DNA of 64,000 nt from an uncultured virus (IMG/VR IMGVR_UViG_3300042522_001545) (lineage: Duplodnaviria; Heunggongvirae; Uroviricota; Caudoviricetes). The notes under the pieces are model-generated. The model was not told the origin of the DNA. It worked only from the letters and a program-made list of their open reading frames with translations, and did no database searches. The stretch covers positions 1-64,000 of the IMG/VR virus record IMGVR_UViG_3300042522_001545. One strand, given 5' to 3'. The position numbers and the translations under genes were made by a program. This document shows, piece after piece, positions 18,949-27,456 of the stretch; position 1 is the stretch's first letter, and every line of letters starts with the position of its first letter.

Positions 18949-19002
18949 TTGTTTGTCGGCCAATTTCTTATTACTATACCATGGGTGTATTATACATGGT
19001 AT
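18949..19002 (+). promoter_or_regulatory. Composite regulatory site: TTGTTT-N17-TACTAT, then GGTGTAT inside an 8-bp inverted repeat
   Basis: -35-like 18949-54, -10-like 18972-77, ATACCATG 18976-83 / CATGGTAT 18995-19002 flanking GGTGTAT at 18984-90. Confidence 0.5.
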
Positions 19003-19041
19003 CTCTAAAAAAAATAAGAGTTTAAACAAAGTATCAATTAT

Positions 19042-19473
19042 ATGATCAATCTTATCTCATGGCAAAAGTGGCTTGATCCATTTGGATCTGATGACGCAGA
19101 AGAGCTGGAGCATGATCCATATCTTGCAGATTATGAAGAACAAGAATCAGATGGTACTACTGAAAACATTAATGATGAGGAGCAAGAGAATAAAATAATT
19201 AATACAACACAAAGAGTAAAAGTTATTGCTACGCCAATGGGCATTATACCAGTCACTGATAATACTATGAGTGGAAAGATTTTTAATTTTTGGATTGGGC
19301 ATACTAACTTTGATATTACTCATAAAGTTGCTGATGTTATCGAAAAAACCGATGGGGTTGAAACCCTAGATATTTTTACTAGATACAGATTCCGAATTGC
19401 TGTTGGTAAAGCTTTTGATGATTCTTCGGTAATGAGAGATATAAATAAGAGAGTATACTCGGAGCTATCATAA
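19042..19473 (+). CDS. Hypothetical conserved phage protein
   Basis: WQKW.DP, acidic linker, FNFWIGHTNFDIT, GVETLDIFTRYRFRIAVGKAF. Confidence 0.65.
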   Translation: MINLISWQKWLDPFGSDDAEELEHDPYLADYEEQESDGTTENINDEEQENKIINTTQRVKVIATPMGIIPVTDNTMSGKIFNFWIGHTNFDITHKVADVIEKTDGVETLDIFTRYRFRIAVGKAFDDSSVMRDINKRVYSELS

Positions 19474-19475
19474 CA

Positions 19476-20147
19476 ATGTCAACAGCCAAATCATTTACTG
19501 AACTTGAAAGCGAATTACAATCAATACACTCATATAATATAGATACAAAAAACAGAGAAATATATCTACATTCATATTTAGGAGATAGTGAAGAAGGTGG
19601 TGTTGACTATAGGTCTGCTATAGTACTTGAAAAAAATCTCAGGTACTTAAACCTATTATCTCTAGAACCAATTTTAGTTCATATGCATTTACCAGGAGGA
19701 GACTGGCAAGACTGCCTAGGTATGTATGATGCTGTCAGGGCATCAAAAGCTAAAGTTATCATCCTCGCTTATGCTAAAGCAGAATCTTCTAGTAGTGTTT
19801 TATTACAAGCTGCCGACCTTAGAATATTGATGCCAAATACACATGTTATGATTCATTATGGGTCATTTAGTATGGATGGGGAACACAGCAAAGCTGCTGC
19901 GGCTGGCATTAGATGGAACGAAAACGAGTGTGATAAGATGGTTGATATTTTTACTGACAGGTGTATGAATAGTATGATAGCTAAAGAGAAAAATTGGAAA
20001 AAAATGATGGCAAAAAAACACATAGTCTCACAACTTGCTAATAAATGCGATTGGATATTAACGGCTGAAGAAGCAGTATATTACGGCTTTGCCGATGGTA
20101 TTCTTGGCACTAAAAAATATCCCAATATAGACTCACTTAAAAAATAA
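19476..20147 (+). CDS. ClpP-like serine protease
   Basis: LPGG, AES (Ser), MPNTHVMIH (His), DWILTAEEAVYYGFADGI (Asp). Confidence 0.85.
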   Translation: MSTAKSFTELESELQSIHSYNIDTKNREIYLHSYLGDSEEGGVDYRSAIVLEKNLRYLNLLSLEPILVHMHLPGGDWQDCLGMYDAVRASKAKVIILAYAKAESSSSVLLQAADLRILMPNTHVMIHYGSFSMDGEHSKAAAAGIRWNENECDKMVDIFTDRCMNSMIAKEKNWKKMMAKKHIVSQLANKCDWILTAEEAVYYGFADGILGTKKYPNIDSLKK

Positions 20148-20788
20148 TGCTATTAGAATATTCATATTATGATATCGCTTCTAATGATGCCGAAATTCAA
20201 GGCAACTTAACAGAAGCTTTAAAACACAATGTGCAGACAATATCTGTACTTCCGCCATATGCCAGACTTGTAAAGTCTTTAGTAAACAATGCTGCAAAGA
20301 TTTCTTGCCCGATAGATTATCCAATGGGTGTGTTAGATATAAAATCCAGACTATCAGTAGTTGATTTTTGTTTAAAAAATAATGTTGATATAATTGAGGC
20401 AGTTTGCCCAGCACAGCTATTGTGCAACAGGAAGTATGATAAGTTTAGGGATGACATTAAACAATTAACTAATCTATGTTCTTCCCTAAATGTTGAACTA
20501 AGATACGTTTTAGAATATAGGCAATACTCCTACGAGCTGCTCTATAAAGTTGCCCAAATCTTATATGACTTTAATGTTAAAACAATCTATCCCTCAACTG
20601 GATACTCTTTAGACGATATTGGCGACAATATCATAGCTTCTGCTCTAATTAATAAGAAAGTTCCAAATATCAATATTATCTGTAATGGTAATTTGTGGAA
20701 TAGTAATCATCTAAAAATGGTTAAAAATAACCAATTATACGGTTTAAGAATCAATTCCCTAAACGGTTTACAGCTAATAAATAGCTAA
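20147..20788 (+). CDS. Deoxyribose-phosphate aldolase (DeoC)-fold protein lacking the catalytic lysines
   Basis: SVLP, IDYPMG, LRYVLE, TIYPSTG (cf. FVKTSTG), GLRI; DeoC motif order retained. Confidence 0.7.
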   Translation: MLLEYSYYDIASNDAEIQGNLTEALKHNVQTISVLPPYARLVKSLVNNAAKISCPIDYPMGVLDIKSRLSVVDFCLKNNVDIIEAVCPAQLLCNRKYDKFRDDIKQLTNLCSSLNVELRYVLEYRQYSYELLYKVAQILYDFNVKTIYPSTGYSLDDIGDNIIASALINKKVPNINIICNGNLWNSNHLKMVKNNQLYGLRINSLNGLQLINS

Positions 20789-20801
20789 TTCTCTGTTTTT
20801 A

Positions 20802-20808
20802 GGTGTAT
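20802..20808 (+). promoter_or_regulatory. GGTGTAT intergenic motif (candidate phage-sigma promoter)
   Basis: Intergenic, about 57 nt before the ATG at 20865. Confidence 0.55.
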
Positions 20809-20864
20809 ACGAATAATAAGTATATACTTGTTTCTTTCCTTAAATCTTCATGGAGTTTTATAAA

Positions 20865-21407
20865 ATGGCTACAATTCAACAAGGTGGAGCAGCCTCAACA
20901 GGCACATACTGGAGTGGTAGCTCTACAAATAATAATCACGGTACAGCTAAAAGAGTCGGCACAGTATCCTCTGTCTTAGAGAATAGTTCACTAGGACAAG
21001 TAAATGTTGGTGTTTTCGCTTCAACAGTTATTGATGGAGATTACACAAACAAGGCTATTTCTGAAGGAACTATCGCCCACGATCATGTCAAGCCCATAAC
21101 TGCCAAAGTAACCTCAGAGCTTGGTGGAGTTGCCAGTAGTGCTTTATCAACTACAGCTAATGTTCCTGGTCAATTAAGAAGCATTAACAAGAGAGAAAGC
21201 TACAGATCACCCGGCACCGCAACCGCTATCAGAGCTGGCTACTTTAGTCTTTACACAGGTAGGTTCACAACTGCCCCAACAGCTGTTACAGAAACCCCAG
21301 GTACAGATAATGCTGCTAGTCCCACCAGAAGCGTTCCCGGTTCTATGAGATTCAAGAGTGGCGCTCCTGTTGCTATTGCAAAAAACTATCCAGCTAAAAA
21401 TGGCTAA
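20865..21407 (+). CDS. Ser/Thr/Gly/Ala-rich putative virion protein
   Basis: About one quarter Ser+Thr, no Cys; has its own GGTGTAT motif and terminator, suggesting a separately expressed unit. Confidence 0.6.
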   Translation: MATIQQGGAASTGTYWSGSSTNNNHGTAKRVGTVSSVLENSSLGQVNVGVFASTVIDGDYTNKAISEGTIAHDHVKPITAKVTSELGGVASSALSTTANVPGQLRSINKRESYRSPGTATAIRAGYFSLYTGRFTTAPTAVTETPGTDNAASPTRSVPGSMRFKSGAPVAIAKNYPAKNG

Positions 21408-21435
21408 TAGTTAATTAAATTCTACCAATAAGAAG

Positions 21436-21468
21436 AGAACCAGGAATCATCTTTCTGGTTCTTTTTTT
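21436..21468 (+). terminator. Rho-independent terminator
   Basis: AGAACCAG / CTGGTTCT stem followed by a T7 run. Confidence 0.75.
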
Positions 21469-21471
21469 ATA

Positions 21472-21478
21472 GGTGTAT
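21472..21478 (+). promoter_or_regulatory. GGTGTAT intergenic motif
   Basis: Immediately after the terminator, 50 nt before the ATG at 21528. Confidence 0.55.
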
Positions 21479-21527
21479 TATATCTAAAGAATAACACTTT
21501 CTAAAAATCTTATAAAAGGCTTCCATA

Positions 21528-21845
21528 ATGTCTGAAACCATTATTCATTTCTGGGAGAACATAGCCACAACAAGTATTGGAATTATAGTAACAATGGTTG
21601 GATTTTGGGTGGCTATTGGTAGAAATATGGCAACTAAATCAGAGGTTTTGGTTATGATAGAAACACAATCTCCATACCTTCATGATAAACAATTTATTAT
21701 GGAAAGGTTAGCTTCTAACAAAGAAAGTCAAGCAGCTTTCGCGCTGGCTCTTCAAAGAAATACAGAAGTTATGACAGAACTGAAAATTCAAATAGCAATG
21801 CTTGGCAAAACTTTAGAAACTTTAGAAGACAGAATAGAAAGGTAA
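21528..21845 (+). CDS. Single-TM coiled-coil membrane protein
   Basis: Hydrophobic IGIIVTMVGFWVAIG followed by a heptad-rich C-terminus. Confidence 0.6.
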   Translation: MSETIIHFWENIATTSIGIIVTMVGFWVAIGRNMATKSEVLVMIETQSPYLHDKQFIMERLASNKESQAAFALALQRNTEVMTELKIQIAMLGKTLETLEDRIER

Positions 21846-21848
21846 TTT

Positions 21849-22061
21849 ATGGCAAACGATATAAATAAAGCAATTAGTGCTAATCAAATAAAAAACGGAA
21901 CAACCGTTGTTACAACAACAGTTACCGGAGAATACTCAACAATCGACACGTATGTTAAAAACACTCCAACAATTAGTGATATTGAAACAAAATATGATAA
22001 TAGATTCTATAATGGTATTTTTGTTCAATTAGTCGGCGACCAAACAGTAATAGGTGGTTAA
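21849..22061 (+). CDS. Small Thr-rich putative virion protein
   Basis: 70 aa, beta-rich composition, coupled to downstream fibre-like ORFs. Confidence 0.5.
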   Translation: MANDINKAISANQIKNGTTVVTTTVTGEYSTIDTYVKNTPTISDIETKYDNRFYNGIFVQLVGDQTVIGG

Positions 22062-22322
22062 ATGAGTATACAACGTATTAATGAATTTCCAGCAGCTAGT
22101 GCTCTGACTAGTGATGATATATTTTTAATTATGGACGATCCATCAGGGTCTGCTTTAACAAAAAAAGTCCCAGTATCTGTTCTTCATTCTGGTTTAGTTC
22201 AAAGCAATACTAGCTTAGTTAATAATTCTATTCGTATAACAAATATGATTAGTATTTCTCAAAGCAACTACGATGCTCTTGCTACAAAAGATACTAATAC
22301 ACTATACATAGTTAATGGCTAA
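22062..22322 (+). CDS. Tail-fibre-associated small protein
   Basis: RINEFPAA..LTSDD...TKKV N-terminal module and SQSNYDALATKDTNTLYIV C-terminal motif typical of fibre proteins. Confidence 0.6.
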   Translation: MSIQRINEFPAASALTSDDIFLIMDDPSGSALTKKVPVSVLHSGLVQSNTSLVNNSIRITNMISISQSNYDALATKDTNTLYIVNG

Positions 22323-22334
22323 GGATAAATTTGT

Positions 22335-23207
22335 ATGCCAACAGTAAATAGTGATATATTTTTAAGTAACTCTAACATAACTTCTATTAAATTAGGAGAT
22401 AATAGTGTTTCTAAAATATTCCTTGGCGAGAATCTAGTATTTGGAAGTACATCAGAAAGTTGTACAGATTCAGTTGCTAGTGTCAAAATGATAGGATGGG
22501 TTTCTGGTGACAGAACTCTTGCTCCTATTGGATATGCTCCTTATGGTCGTGAGACCTATACCTATGGAGACGAAACTGTCCGATACGAGACAGGAGTATG
22601 GCTTTATATTGGAGCAGAAGGGGAGATTACGAGAGCATATAGTTATGCAAGCTATCCTTGGTTAGTAAACTGGCCAGCTCCTTATTCTGGTGAGAAGTTT
22701 TGTAGTTTTGGTAGTTCTGGGTTTCAGTGGATGAATATCAGCTCTGTTACTTCAACCTCCGCTTCTGGAATTGGTCAAAACAATATCACAATCTCAATAA
22801 CACAAACTGGCGGAGGTATGGATGCCCACGATGGTATGGTTGGTGGCACAACCTTCCCCGAAGCTTACGGAGTACCACTTAGTGGAACTCAAATTAAGAA
22901 TACTCAATCTGGTATTTTTACTGCAACTTTTAGTCAACCTGTTACCGACGCGTTGGTTGCATTTGCTAGCGTTGGTCAAGGAGGTACCCCAGTTCCTGTA
23001 CAAGTATCAGCATCATTTACTCCAATATGGGAAACACTTACAACATATCAAAATCCAGTAAATGCTACACAATATTCTCAGTTTACCGGAGAAGAAGGAT
23101 ATAATATAATTCGAATAGATGGAACTGTAACTACTGTAACTTTCAATTATACTGTTAGTGAAAATTATTGTACGGTTTGTTTCGGATTTGTTGATCAAAA
23201 CGCATAA
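22335..23207 (+). CDS. Putative fibre/receptor-binding protein
   Basis: IKLGDNSVSKIFLGENLVF N-terminal fibre-attachment-type motif; beta-rich C-terminal domain. Confidence 0.55.
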   Translation: MPTVNSDIFLSNSNITSIKLGDNSVSKIFLGENLVFGSTSESCTDSVASVKMIGWVSGDRTLAPIGYAPYGRETYTYGDETVRYETGVWLYIGAEGEITRAYSYASYPWLVNWPAPYSGEKFCSFGSSGFQWMNISSVTSTSASGIGQNNITISITQTGGGMDAHDGMVGGTTFPEAYGVPLSGTQIKNTQSGIFTATFSQPVTDALVAFASVGQGGTPVPVQVSASFTPIWETLTTYQNPVNATQYSQFTGEEGYNIIRIDGTVTTVTFNYTVSENYCTVCFGFVDQNA

Positions 23208-23225
23208 TACTAAACCGTGTTTATT

Positions 23226-23912
23226 ATGACTCAAACCAAAACATGTAATCAATGTAATATTACAAAACAACTTAATGATTTTCCGAATAGTAAAACTGGT
23301 AAATATGGCAAACTAGCTCAGTGTAAAAGTTGTGATAAGGCTAATCAGCACAATAGATATATTAAAAATAGAGAAGATAGAATAAAAAAATCTAAAGACT
23401 ATAAAATTAAAAATAAAGAGCATAATAAAACAATAGATAAACAAAGATATTCAAGACAACGAGAAACTAAGCTAGCTTATCAGAAAGAACAAAGACTAAA
23501 TAAGCCCGAGTATATGAAAAATTATAGGATTAATAATAAAGAAAAAATTAGACAAAGTGCAAATAAGTGGCAGCATAAAAAATATTATTCTGATCTTTCT
23601 TATAGGTTAAAAAGTATTTTACAAAAAAGAATAGTAGCTAGTATTAAAGGATACTATAAATCTCAAGCTACAACAGAATTATTGGGTTGTTCTATTGAAG
23701 AGTTTAAACAACATCTGGAATCACAATTTTATAAAGATCCTAGACTGAACTGGGAAGCCTATGGCCCCAAAGGATGGCATATTGACCACATAATTCCATG
23801 CGCCAGTTTTGACCTTTCTGATCCAGAACAGCAAAAAATTTGTTTTCACTATACTAATATGCAGCCATTGTGGTGGGATTTGAATATTGCTAAATCAGAT
23901 AAGATCTTGTAG
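23226..23912 (+). CDS. HNH-type free-standing (homing) endonuclease
   Basis: CNQC...CKSC, basic linker, LLGCSIEEFKQHLE, WHIDHIIPCASFDL...CFHYTNMQPLW. Confidence 0.85.
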   Translation: MTQTKTCNQCNITKQLNDFPNSKTGKYGKLAQCKSCDKANQHNRYIKNREDRIKKSKDYKIKNKEHNKTIDKQRYSRQRETKLAYQKEQRLNKPEYMKNYRINNKEKIRQSANKWQHKKYYSDLSYRLKSILQKRIVASIKGYYKSQATTELLGCSIEEFKQHLESQFYKDPRLNWEAYGPKGWHIDHIIPCASFDLSDPEQQKICFHYTNMQPLWWDLNIAKSDKIL

Positions 23913-23913
23913 C

Positions 23914-23920
23914 GGTGTAT
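23914..23920 (+). promoter_or_regulatory. GGTGTAT intergenic motif
   Basis: Just after the HNH stop, 43 nt before the ATG at 23963 (SD AGGAG present). Confidence 0.55.
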
Positions 23921-23962
23921 ATAGTATATAATAGCAGTCTTTAACATAGGAGATAAACTATT

Positions 23963-24295
23963 ATGATTAAGCCCGGTTGGAAAAGTTCAGAATTTTGGTT
24001 TACAGTAGTTAGTTTTATTTTTAGCGGATTATATCTTATGGGTCTTATAGGTGAAAATTCTCAAAAAGAAGACCTAATTCAAGAAACTACAAGAGGTCTA
24101 GAAGCAACAATCCTTATTATTGGACAGCTAACTGTATTATTTAAATATGTAAAAGGAAGAACAGACCTAAAAAAGACTTGGTGGAGTACAGCCACTCCAG
24201 AAGAAAGAAAAGAAGCAAACAAAAAGAACGACAAACCAGCAACAGTAAGAAAAAAGAGAAAAACAAATGGAAAACCAAAACCTGCCAGTAAATGA
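23963..24295 (+). CDS. Holin-like two-TM membrane protein
   Basis: KPGWKSSEFW N-terminal motif, two hydrophobic segments, basic C-terminal tail. Confidence 0.55.
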   Translation: MIKPGWKSSEFWFTVVSFIFSGLYLMGLIGENSQKEDLIQETTRGLEATILIIGQLTVLFKYVKGRTDLKKTWWSTATPEERKEANKKNDKPATVRKKRKTNGKPKPASK

Positions 24296-24692
24296 TCTTG
24301 GAAATTTAGTAGCTAAAGCTAAAGAAATACTTAAAAACGCCAAAGCAGTAGCAATGCCACAAGCATGGAACGTATTGCAATTGGCTACAGCCGAAGTAAT
24401 TCAAAAGATAGAAGATAATAACCCCTCTCTTAAAGGGGTTGATAAAAAAACACTTGCTATGACTATGATTAGCAACTTTTATGATCAAGTTTTTACTTTA
24501 GTGAATTTTCCATTTGTGCCAAAACTTTTACAGCCTATTATACAGAAGTATGTCAAGCAATTGTTAATGCTTTTAGTAAGTTCTTCAATTGATGCTTTTG
24601 TCATTACTTTTAGGAATAATGGCATTTTCATTGATCCAAGTGTTGTAATTACTCCGGACGTAGATAAAACTCCATCAGTTTCAGATAAATAA
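24267..24692 (+). CDS. Hypothetical protein
   Basis: 141 aa, LKGVDKK motif, amphipathic helices. Confidence 0.6.
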   Translation: MENQNLPVNDLGNLVAKAKEILKNAKAVAMPQAWNVLQLATAEVIQKIEDNNPSLKGVDKKTLAMTMISNFYDQVFTLVNFPFVPKLLQPIIQKYVKQLLMLLVSSSIDAFVITFRNNGIFIDPSVVITPDVDKTPSVSDK

Positions 24693-24703
24693 GAGAGGCT
24701 AAA

Positions 24704-25096
24704 ATGAATTTTACAGAAAGTTTCCAAGAGTTTAGTAGTAGATTGAGCACAATGGACTTGGCTCTATATGCTGGTGTTGGTATCGTACTATGGGTTATGT
24801 TTAAGGATAAGCTTAATCCAGTACAAAAGCTATTAGGTTCTATGATTGAAAAACTCAGAGGAGCAACAGACAATACTTCTCTCCCAGTAGTAAATGTTCC
24901 TGCTGTTTCTCCTGTTGTTGTTCCAAAGAAAACAGATTCAGAAGATACATTTTTTAAGCTAGTAGTTTCATGGAAGCAAACTCGTGATCTTGCTGTTCAG
25001 AGCGGATGTTCTGAAGCTGTTAAGGTAGCAGACCAGATGTTCCCATATTTAAGTCCCAATGTATGCAGTAAACAAAATGAGGATAAGGTATCATGA
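24704..25096 (+). CDS. Single-TM membrane protein
   Basis: LALYAGVGIVLWVMF TM segment; Pro/Val-rich linker. Confidence 0.6.
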   Translation: MNFTESFQEFSSRLSTMDLALYAGVGIVLWVMFKDKLNPVQKLLGSMIEKLRGATDNTSLPVVNVPAVSPVVVPKKTDSEDTFFKLVVSWKQTRDLAVQSGCSEAVKVADQMFPYLSPNVCSKQNEDKVS

Positions 25097-25584
25097 ATCA
25101 AAAAAACGTACTACTAGTATTAGCTGGTCTATTAATTGTTGTTGGTTTGCTTAAGCCAGACTTTTCAAATATTCTTGGTCCAAACAAACCAGCAGTAGTT
25201 GATGTTTTAGAGCTACCAGAACCAACAGACCCAGCCGTCAAAAAAGAAGCAGATGATGTTGTTGTTCTTCTAAAAGAAGCAGGGGCTAAAAACGATGCTA
25301 AAAGACTTAGAGATCTTTACATTGATTTGGCAAAGCTTGTGGAGCTTGATGGAGAAGACGAAGTAGTTAAGAGTACTGAAGAAATTCGTCAAGCAAATAG
25401 CTTAGCTGGTGTGATGCTTAAACTAGACATAAAAGGCAAATATCCAGATTTAGCAAAAGAAGCTAAAGAAGTTGTTGTTGCAGCTATAGGCGATGATCAT
25501 ATTCTACTATCCAAAGAGCTACGAGTTAAAGCTGCAGAAGGTCTTAATGCTTTAGCTTGGGCTTGTAACATGGGATCAAAATAA
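25093..25584 (+). CDS. Signal-anchored helical protein
   Basis: N-terminal VLLVLAGLLIVVGLL; C-terminal ALAWAC. Confidence 0.6.
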   Translation: MNQKNVLLVLAGLLIVVGLLKPDFSNILGPNKPAVVDVLELPEPTDPAVKKEADDVVVLLKEAGAKNDAKRLRDLYIDLAKLVELDGEDEVVKSTEEIRQANSLAGVMLKLDIKGKYPDLAKEAKEVVVAAIGDDHILLSKELRVKAAEGLNALAWACNMGSK

Positions 25585-26507
25585 TGCCACGATATACTCC
25601 AAAAGAATTATATGACAATTATCGTAAGGGTTTTAGCGGTTGTTTATTTGAACAGCATGTGTTTGATCACTTAATGGAAACTTCCAAGTATCCATTATTT
25701 GGAGATGCTAGTAAAAAAATTAGTGGTAGTGGCAAAGGTAAGCTTTCAACACCATACAAAAGTGTGTTAAAGTTTGATAAACATCCTTATAATGAAAGAC
25801 AAACTACTGGAGATTGTGTTAGTCACGGAACGCGAAATGCTTGTGATGTAACCCGAGCTGTAGAAATAGATATACATAATGAGAGAGAGGATTGGATAGC
25901 AAGGGGTGCAACAGAAGCTATCTATGGATATAGAGGGTTTAGTGGACAGGGTATGAGTTGTGCTAGAGCAGCTGAATTTGTTAGTAAGGTTGGTGGTCTT
26001 GTAGTGAGAAAGAATTATGGTTTTGTAGATTTCAGTAAATATAATGGTAATTTAGGGGCGGGCTGGGGCGGTAGAGGTCTTCCAGATAAAGTACTAGATC
26101 TCTCTAACGATCACCAGATCAAGACTGCTTCATTAATACGAACAGTAGAAGAAGCCCGTGATGCTTTAGCTAATGGTTATGGATTAGCTGTATGCTCTAA
26201 TTATGGATTTAGCAATACTAGAGATAAAAAGGGATTTGCTAGAACATCTGGTAACTGGGGTCATTGTATGGCCTGGATAGCTTGTGATGATACTGGTAGT
26301 GAACCAGCTTTTCTCGTTCAAAATAGCTGGGGTAAATGGAATGATGGTGGACATCCAGAATGGGGTCCTATTCCAGAAGGGTCGTTTTTAATCCACGCTG
26401 ATGTTGCTGCTGGAATGCTATCTGCTAATGGCTCTTATGCTTTTAGTGGTTTTGATGGCTTTCCTTTACAAAAACTACCGAGCTACGGATTCGAAGATTA
26501 TCTATAA
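25584..26507 (+). CDS. Papain-like (C1) cysteine peptidase
   Basis: QTTGDCVSHG (Gln/Cys), WGHCM (His), VQNSWG (Asn). Confidence 0.85.
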   Translation: MPRYTPKELYDNYRKGFSGCLFEQHVFDHLMETSKYPLFGDASKKISGSGKGKLSTPYKSVLKFDKHPYNERQTTGDCVSHGTRNACDVTRAVEIDIHNEREDWIARGATEAIYGYRGFSGQGMSCARAAEFVSKVGGLVVRKNYGFVDFSKYNGNLGAGWGGRGLPDKVLDLSNDHQIKTASLIRTVEEARDALANGYGLAVCSNYGFSNTRDKKGFARTSGNWGHCMAWIACDDTGSEPAFLVQNSWGKWNDGGHPEWGPIPEGSFLIHADVAAGMLSANGSYAFSGFDGFPLQKLPSYGFEDYL

Positions 26508-26516
26508 GAAAACTGA

Positions 26517-26547
26517 CCGCCACAGGAGTAATAATACTATGGGGCGG
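26517..26547. terminator. GC-rich imperfect hairpin between convergent genes (possible terminator)
   Basis: CCGCC...GGCGG arms between the peptidase stop and the minus-strand peptide stop; no clear U tract. Confidence 0.35.
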
Positions 26548-26589
26548 ATTTATCTACGACATAATCAAAGATTATATCCAGGATAGATT

Positions 26590-26760
26590 TTAGCAATCTC
26601 CTAAATTGGCCCAACAAGTTTCGAAGTCGCCGTAGCATATGCCATCAATATTGGCACACATAGCCTCTCCAAAATTGTCGCAGGTCCCCCACGAATTGCA
26701 GCAATAACACGGTTTCCCATTCAAAACACTATAAATCGGTCCATCATTATCATATGTCAT
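26590..26760 (-). CDS. 56-aa peptide with 8 Cys
   Basis: Fills an otherwise empty gap; upstream AAAGG SD-like element and a minus-strand GGTGTAT at 26838-26832. Confidence 0.55.
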   Translation of the reverse strand: MTYDNDGPIYSVLNGKPCYCCNSWGTCDNFGEAMCANIDGICYGDFETCWANLGDC

Positions 26761-26831
26761 AAAGTTAGCCTTTTTAAAATTTACATTAGAAGTTACCCCC
26801 AATTAGAGGGTTGAATGTATCATAATAAAGG

Positions 26832-26869
26832 ATACACCTAAAAAACAAACTAAATTATAATTGGTGTAT
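26832..26869. promoter_or_regulatory. Back-to-back GGTGTAT motifs (minus 26838-32, plus 26863-69)
   Basis: Each copy points towards one of the two divergent ORFs. Confidence 0.6.
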
Positions 26870-26907
26870 TTATACTATAATCCTTCCTTTCTACAGAGAT
26901 TATTTCT

Positions 26908-27090
26908 ATGAGATTAATAGATAGAATAGCTCTAAATAGAGCAATACAAATGCTTCTAAATTTTATTTTGGCTATTATCAAGATATTTAATAAAAATTCT
27001 CCTGAGAATAAGCCAGATGGTCCTGTTAAGCCAAAACCAAAAAAACCTTTAAGAGATTTGGTAGACAATATTCTTCCATGGAGAAAATAA
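26908..27090 (+). CDS. Small basic membrane-associated protein
   Basis: Hydrophobic segment, then a Pro/Lys-rich tail. Confidence 0.55.
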   Translation: MRLIDRIALNRAIQMLLNFILAIIKIFNKNSPENKPDGPVKPKPKKPLRDLVDNILPWRK

Positions 27091-27091
27091 A

Positions 27092-27451
27092 ATGAATAAA
27101 TTATTTGTTGGTTTATTCTGTGTTAGTTTGTTGTTTGCTGAGTCTAGTTACTATGGCTCCACAACAGCCCCTGTGACTCTTGCTGGAGGCATTATTAAAG
27201 CCAAGCATGTACAGGAAGTCACCCAAAAGTATAAAAGAAAAGATTGTCCAATTTGCAAGGGTAAGGGTTGGTATATGAGTGGTGATGGTATTCTTAAAAT
27301 TGATTGCACATATTGTGAAATTGATAAAGGTTCTCTTTCTGTGGGACCAATCAAATCAATTACTCCATCAGCTCCTCCAATCAAGATATACTCAGCTCCA
27401 ATAAATTGCCCAGACGGAAACTGTCCAATTCCCAAAACACCAAGGAGATAA
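27092..27451 (+). CDS. Exported Cys-motif protein
   Basis: Signal peptide; DnaJ-like CPICKGKG...CTYC motif; C-terminal CPDGNCP. Confidence 0.65.
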   Translation: MNKLFVGLFCVSLLFAESSYYGSTTAPVTLAGGIIKAKHVQEVTQKYKRKDCPICKGKGWYMSGDGILKIDCTYCEIDKGSLSVGPIKSITPSAPPIKIYSAPINCPDGNCPIPKTPRR

Positions 27452-27456
27452 ATACT

